This document shows, one piece after another, positions 58,085 to 64,000 of a stretch of 64,000 bases of DNA. The position numbers and the translations under genes are program-made. Numbering within the stretch: the first letter of the stretch is position 1; each line of letters starts with the position of its first letter. The notes under the pieces were generated by a model. It did not search any database, was not told the origin of the DNA, and worked only from the letters and a program-made list of their open reading frames with translations. The stretch lies in NCBI GenBank assembly GCA_964016885.1, contig OZ024741.1:321284001-321348000 (forward strand), written 5' to 3'. The DNA comes from Eledone cirrhosa. Taxonomy: Eukaryota.

Positions 58085-58260
58085 ATATATATTTAACTTT
58101 TCGGACGCTAGTCATATATATAGTATATATATATATATATAATATATATATATATATGACTAGCGTCCGAAAAGTTAAATATATATCTTCATTGCACTTC
58201 GTCTGTTGCGTTTTTCCGTTTACTTTTCGCATACATAAAAGTGATGTATGTGAGGAGAAG
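58085..58260. mobile_element. PLE-type fold-back footprint (family H), the rest of its left arm lies at 54841-54885
   Basis: ttaacttttcggacgctagtcata pairs with tatgactagcgtccgaaaagttaa. 58183-58223 is the reverse complement of 54841-54883. Confidence 0.7.
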
Positions 58261-58394
58261 ATTGGTCAAGAGATAGCAGTAATATAAGTGGGTTGGAAGT
58301 TGTGGGTAGGTGGTGAACGAGCAGAGAGAAAGGTAGAAAGTTGATAGAGCGTGTGCCTCAAACAAAGGAAAATAAAATCTACCCGTTCTGCGGT

Positions 58395-58857
58395 GGTAGA
58401 CCCCCTCATCTGGGATGCTACAGGCAGCGATACTTTCTCCAGCAGCAACCTGGTGCAGTCTACGACTAACCCAGGCTCTGCTGCACTTCGGGCTGAGGAT
58501 AATAAACTCTCCAAATATCGGTTTGGGGGCAAGCCTGTAGCAGTGGATACTTCTTATGTCCTTGGCCCTAGGGCCACCTCCCTACACACCATCATAAGCA
58601 CAGAGTTGGCTACACGCAGGTGAGAGCCTCGCGAACTGGAATGGCTCTTCCTGTGCGTCTCTCTCACCATCCCTCGGAGAAACGCCTTTTCAATTCTGTC
58701 AGCCGGGGCCGCGGGGCGGCCAGCTCATGGTTCCCCATTTGTTCATCAAAGTGTGAGATGGGGTGAGTGGGAGCGACAGAGGCAGTGACAGGGGGAGTTT
58801 GGTTCCTTTGAGTTCGAACCTGGTATATATGTATATATTCATTTACTGCACCACATG
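58395..58857 (+). mobile_element. CRE-clade RLE fragment plus 3' UTR
   Basis: PLIWDATGSDTFSSSNLVQSTTNPGSAALRAEDNKLSKY...PVAVDTS.VLGPRA. Confidence 0.85.
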
Positions 58858-59187
58858 TTATATATATATATACAGATCTTAACCAACCTGTTTGACTATT
58901 TCTATTAAACGATTAAATAAGGGAACAAAACTAAAACATAAAAATAAGGTGAAGAGTCCAAGTAAAGTGTAGATGTGAAAGAATCTAGAAACAAAGTGCA
59001 GCCGCACCTAAAAATGAAACAATCCACACAGATGTAGACATCCCTCACCAAATGTATAGAAACAGAGACATCTCTTTCAATATAGTTATATAGAATATTA
59101 TTAATTTTGAAAGGACAGAAAAATGGGAAAGAAAAACATATTGCCGCAAGTAGTAATTAATATTATACTCAAAAATAAACTCCAAAT

Positions 59188-59249
<62 letters not shown>

Positions 59250-59415
59250 TACATAAATGTATTTTCGTATGTATACATAGATATGCGCATACACACACAC
59301 ACACAAACTCACGCACACAAACGTACACTAACTCATACCCACACAAATACATTTCAACATACACCCATACATGTAGATCGACGGTTACGTCAGCCCCGGA
59401 ATACCTGACGTATTC

Positions 59416-59456
<41 letters not shown>

Positions 59457-59590
59457 CGTGCGGGTGTGTGTGTGTACGCCCGGGTGTGTGTGTGCGCGCG
59501 GGTGTGTGTGTGTGTGTGTGTGTGTGTGCATATCTATGTATACATACGTAAATACATTTATGTATATATGTGTGTGTATATAGATAGATA

Positions 59591-59667
<77 letters not shown>

Positions 59668-59734
59668 AGAGAGAGAGAGAGAAACTATACGTATATATAT
59701 ATATATGGACATATTTATACATATAAATATACTG

Positions 59735-59789
<55 letters not shown>

Positions 59790-60430
59790 TATGTATACGT
59801 ACATACATATGTATACAGACGTACAGTAGTATATATATACATACATACATGCACACATATATATATGTACGTATGGGTTTACCGAACATTTATTATAATG
59901 TTCGGTTTGTTTATAAACAAACAGCCCGAATTAAGCCGTACTGTGTTCGGCAACCATCGTTGCCATTTTGTTCAACACTGACAAAGGAACGATGAACTAG
60001 TTTCTAGCTTATTAGCTGTCATCACCACCGTATACCTTCCTGTCAGTCGATTGAACATTTGAAAGTATATACTTTCCTTGTGCATATTAATATTATGCAT
60101 ATTACAGGAAGGTATACGGTGCTGATGACAGCTAATAAGCTAGAAACTAGTTCATCTTTCCTTTGTCAGTGTTGAAAAAAATGGCAACGATGGTTGCCGA
60201 ACACTGTACGGCTTAATTCGCGCTGTTTGTTTACAAAGAAACCGAACATTATAATAAATGTTCGGTAAACCCATACGTACATATATATATGTGTGCATGT
60301 ATGTATGTATATATATACTACTGTACGTCTGTATACATATATGTATGTACGTGTACATACATATTATATACTTTAAGTATCAGCCGTACTAAGAGTGAGA
60401 AATGAAATGAAATTTCATTTTTTCCATTTA
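59790..60430. mobile_element. PLE fold-back footprint (family I), about 255-bp arms plus tail
   Basis: 59790-60043 is the reverse complement of 60104-60360. Confidence 0.85.
60106..60162 (+). ncRNA. Minimal hammerhead ribozyme
   Basis: ggtg-CTGATGA-c agct aata agct a-GAAAC-ta-GTT|catc. Stem III is the palindrome AACTAGTT. The left-arm copy has C3 changed to G. Confidence 0.75.
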
Positions 60431-60484
60431 TACACACATATATATATATTATTTATTCAACACACATAGGAATAATTAGGTTGT

Positions 60485-60925
60485 TACCAAAGAACCACAA
60501 GATTGACAAGTCGACACTAAATATGACTAATAGCTCTAGGAAAACCAAGGACGACACCATATCTTTTTAATTTTGAAAGTAGATTTATAATTATTAATTT
60601 TCACCATACTTTTGTAGCTGTCGCGGCGGTCTAGTTGTAGGAAACATAGACGGTGGGGATCTTGGTCTGATAAACCTTTTCAGGGATGAAAACTGAAAAG
60701 GTTTACAAGCACCTCTCGACCAGGATTGAACCCAAGACCAGAATCTCCACCGTCTCTAGCACTTACCGCTAGTCCACTGAGACAAATACGAAATTCTATT
60801 GAAAATTCATACATATAAACCTACTTTCAAAATTTTCAATACAAAATGATGTGGTGTCGTGTGCATACCTCTCTTAATGTTATTGCTCCTACTTAATGTC
60901 GACTTCTAAATCATTTGGGTGTTCC
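60485..60925. repeat. Old imperfect inverted repeat containing a tRNA-like SINE head (60715-60782, -)
   Basis: aagtcgaca / tgtcgactt, acgacacca / tggtgtcgt and aattttgaaagtag / ctactttcaaaatt occur in mirrored order. The - strand has gtggactagcggtaag...gggttcaatcc. Confidence 0.6.
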
Positions 60926-61024
60926 ATAAACTACATCCTCGCTTGTTTCTCATCTATCTAGATTATATTTTAACCTGTAATCAATGTTTCATTTCTGTTG
61001 CACCTCATTTCTCTCCTCCCCTCG

Positions 61025-61094
<70 letters not shown>

Positions 61095-61974
61095 CTCTCC
61101 CTCTCTCTCTCTCAGTTGGATTCAAACTTACAATGATTGGCATTATATATATATATGTGTGTGGTGTGTGTGTATGAATATGTATATATGTATTACATAT
61201 ATATTATATATATATATCATATTATACATATGTGTATATATATATATATCATATATATATAATATATTATATATACGAAATATATATATATATTATATAT
61301 AATATATATATAAATATATATAACAAATTTAATATAGAAATGTCTTCTATATTATACAGTACTAGAACTGTTTCATTCGAAGGACTTCTGTCCGAAATAC
61401 TGAACCATCATTTACTTCCTCCTAAGCGTCATCATACGAAGAACCTGTTCTTTTACATCCCTGTGTTTGCTTTATTTGTTTATATATATATATATATATA
61501 TATTTGAAAAGGGAAGTGAGGCTCCCTACAAAGCAGAGATTATATAGAAAAAGTAAGTAGTATTGGAAACAGCACGGAAAATCTAAACTATTATAAAGTA
61601 AGGTCTGCGGGACTGCGTACGGTTTATTTCTTTTAATCCAGTTAGTAAAATAAATTGGATTACTTTGAATAAATAATGAATGAATATTACATAATTTATG
61701 TACTAAATTTCGTAAACATAAATAATTTCGTAAAAATAAATAATTTCAAATTGACTTCTTTTCAAAGTTGCACTTCCGGTATATCGTCGCCACCACCACC
61801 ACTTCAACTACCATATATATAGAAAGAGAGAGTTTGTGATGAGAGAGATTGTGATATTATGATTTGTTTACACGCTGATGCGTATGATTGTGCACATACA
61901 TCTATATGTATGAGTATATAACTATTATAAGTATATAACTATAATCGCGCAAACACAAACTTATAAAAATGCAC

Positions 61975-62280
61975 GGACATACATTCACACAAATACACAT
62001 GCATTCACACAAATACACATAGATTCACACAAATACACGTACTTTCACACAAATATACATACTTTCACACAAATATACATAGATTAACACATATACATTT
62101 ACACAAAGATACATACATTCACACATACATTTACACAAACATACATACATTCACACATACTTTCACACAAACATACATACATTCACACATACTTTCACAC
62201 AAACATACATACATTCACACATACTTTCACACGAATATACATACATTCACACATATACATTTACACAAACACACACATAC
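61975..62280. repeat. Minisatellite (acattcacacaaatacacat-like, 20/32-bp periods)
   Basis: Direct inspection. Confidence 0.85.
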
Positions 62281-62299
62281 AGTCATGATAGCGTTCAGT

Positions 62300-62950
62300 G
62301 AACGAAAACACTAACAAATATAATATATACAATGGAAAGGGAAAGGAAAAAAAGAAAGAGAAATAATACACAAGCAGGTAATACACACATCTTAGACCAT
62401 AGAATAGTATGCAGGCGAAAGAGTGGAAAAAAGAGACTCTACCAGAGCAAAAGATAGTAATATACCGAGGAGCACTGGGAAACCTCTCTAATAATTTTTT
62501 AGGCAAGCCAGCACGCTCGCGGCGTTACCTGGGGTGATGGCGAGGCTGCGGTGCTTGAACAACCAAGTGCTCTCATGAGCATCACCAGTTACCTTTGTTT
62601 GGCGAGCCGCCAGTGAAAATAAGAACCCCGCTGTCAGTAGCCCGACTCCCCCAAAATCTCGAACGCCACAGGCTGGATAATGTAGTTAGCTGACAGAACA
62701 TGGTATTTTAGGATTTTGTTCCGTTGAGCTGCGGATGCTGTAGCTCTCGCCCTTACCGCTGCATCCAGGATGTGGGAAGAAGCAAAAGAATCACTAATTG
62801 TGATGTCCCAGGTAAGGCACCTGCCTCCTGACCAGGAGAACAGAGTAAGACCGTCAAGTCTTTTCCCATCAATTCAGGATAACCCAGACTGTTCCAAAAT
62901 TGAGGCGATATTTTCCCGGGCCAAAGCTCTTGAGTGGTAATAGGACAGTG
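62300..62950 (-). mobile_element. CRE-clade RLE fragment (different family) plus 3' UTR
   Basis: Manual translation gives DGKRLDGLTLFSWSGGRCLTWDITISDSFASSHI...KILKY...QPVAFEILG...WLFKHRSLAITPGNAASVLA. Confidence 0.85.
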
Positions 62951-63104
62951 TGCGTCTGTGCACGCGTGAGTTTGTCGGCGTGTGTGTATGTGTGTCACTG
63001 TTTTTAAGTTAGACATATATGTGTGTATCCCTTTCCTTCCTTTTACACACACATACATTCTCACAAACACATTGCGTGATGGACGGGTGGACAGAAGTCC
63101 CTCA

Positions 63105-63755
63105 AATTTATATACATGTGAATGGAGTTCTACTGAAGCAGTTAGAGAAGTTCAAGTATCTTGGAGCCGTGTTCATGAGTTATGGAATGCAGGAGGCTGA
63201 ATTAAGTGCAAGAATTGCAAAAGCTGATGCAGTAAAGCGCCAGCCTCAGTAACCAGATGAAGGGGGTAGGTGTAAAAGCCAAACTCGCTGTCTTCCTGGT
63301 ATTCCTGCCAACTCTTACCGAGGATCATGAATCTTGAGTAATGATCAAAAGAATACAATTGAAAATAAAAGTGGCAGAAATGGGATTCCTCCGAAGGGTC
63401 TTTGGAGTAACGTTACTCGATAAAGTGCAAAGCTCAGAGACCAGAGATTCACTCCTGGTAGAGTCGCTACTTCTCCGAATTGAGAGATCATAACTCCGAT
63501 ATTATGAGCATGTGGTTAGAATGTCTCAGTAAAGAATCGCTGGACACATTTTACAAGCAAAACCAACCGACAAGAGACCCAGAGGTAGAACCTGAGCAAG
63601 ATAGTTGGATAACATCCATGAGCTTGGCTGGTCACGCTTTGGGATCCAGCTGGATCACTTAGAGATGTTTGCTACTGACAGACCCACTGGAAGGAATGTT
63701 TGAGAAGGACTCTTCCCCCACGACCCTCTCAGAAATAAATGGGTGAAGAAGATAT
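63105..63755 (+). mobile_element. RTE-clade LINE 3' fragment
   Basis: LEKFKYLG...ELSARIAKA, VAEMGFLRRVFGVTLLDK, LRYYEHVVRM, KRPRGR. Confidence 0.85.
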
Positions 63756-64000
63756 TGTCAATTTACTGTTCAATTTACATATATCTATATGCATATATAT
63801 CTGCGCATTATACCAATATGCACACTACATATGCTAGCAGAAAACCGCCTTTTGCGGTTTTTCTGCTAGTATATTTAAAGAATCTGTTTTTCCTCTCCTC
63901 CTCCTTGATCCGTCAAAGTGACACTATTTTATGTTCATTACTAAACAGCGCGACATATATTTTCCGTGCTGTTTCTAATCCTACTCTCTCTCTCTCTCTC

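Overview
AT-rich eukaryotic non-coding DNA (intronic or intergenic), saturated with (TA)n/(CA)n/(GA)n microsatellites and transposon debris. The SINE and microsatellite content suggests a coleoid cephalopod, probably Octopus (inference). I found no intact protein-coding gene, and almost all listed ORFs are microsatellite artefacts. Recognisable elements are decayed RTE, Dong/R4 and CRE non-LTR retrotransposons, Meta-domain and other tRNA-derived SINEs, non-autonomous Helitrons, mariner and hAT-like MITEs, and two Penelope-like elements (PLEs) with GIY-YIG endonucleases. The most striking signal is about a dozen type-I hammerhead ribozyme motifs from roughly nine sequence-unrelated families. 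Most sit in short fold-back insertions inside (TA)n tracts, each with one short arm and one 'tailed' arm. The ribozymes include U3-A8 core variants, long stem-II inserts and palindromic stem III. The tails of four unrelated families share an RCTC...GAGY-RCTYT hairpin just downstream of the short-arm junction. A few candidate + strand (micro)exons are noted as speculative. All analysis was by eye and boundaries are approximate.
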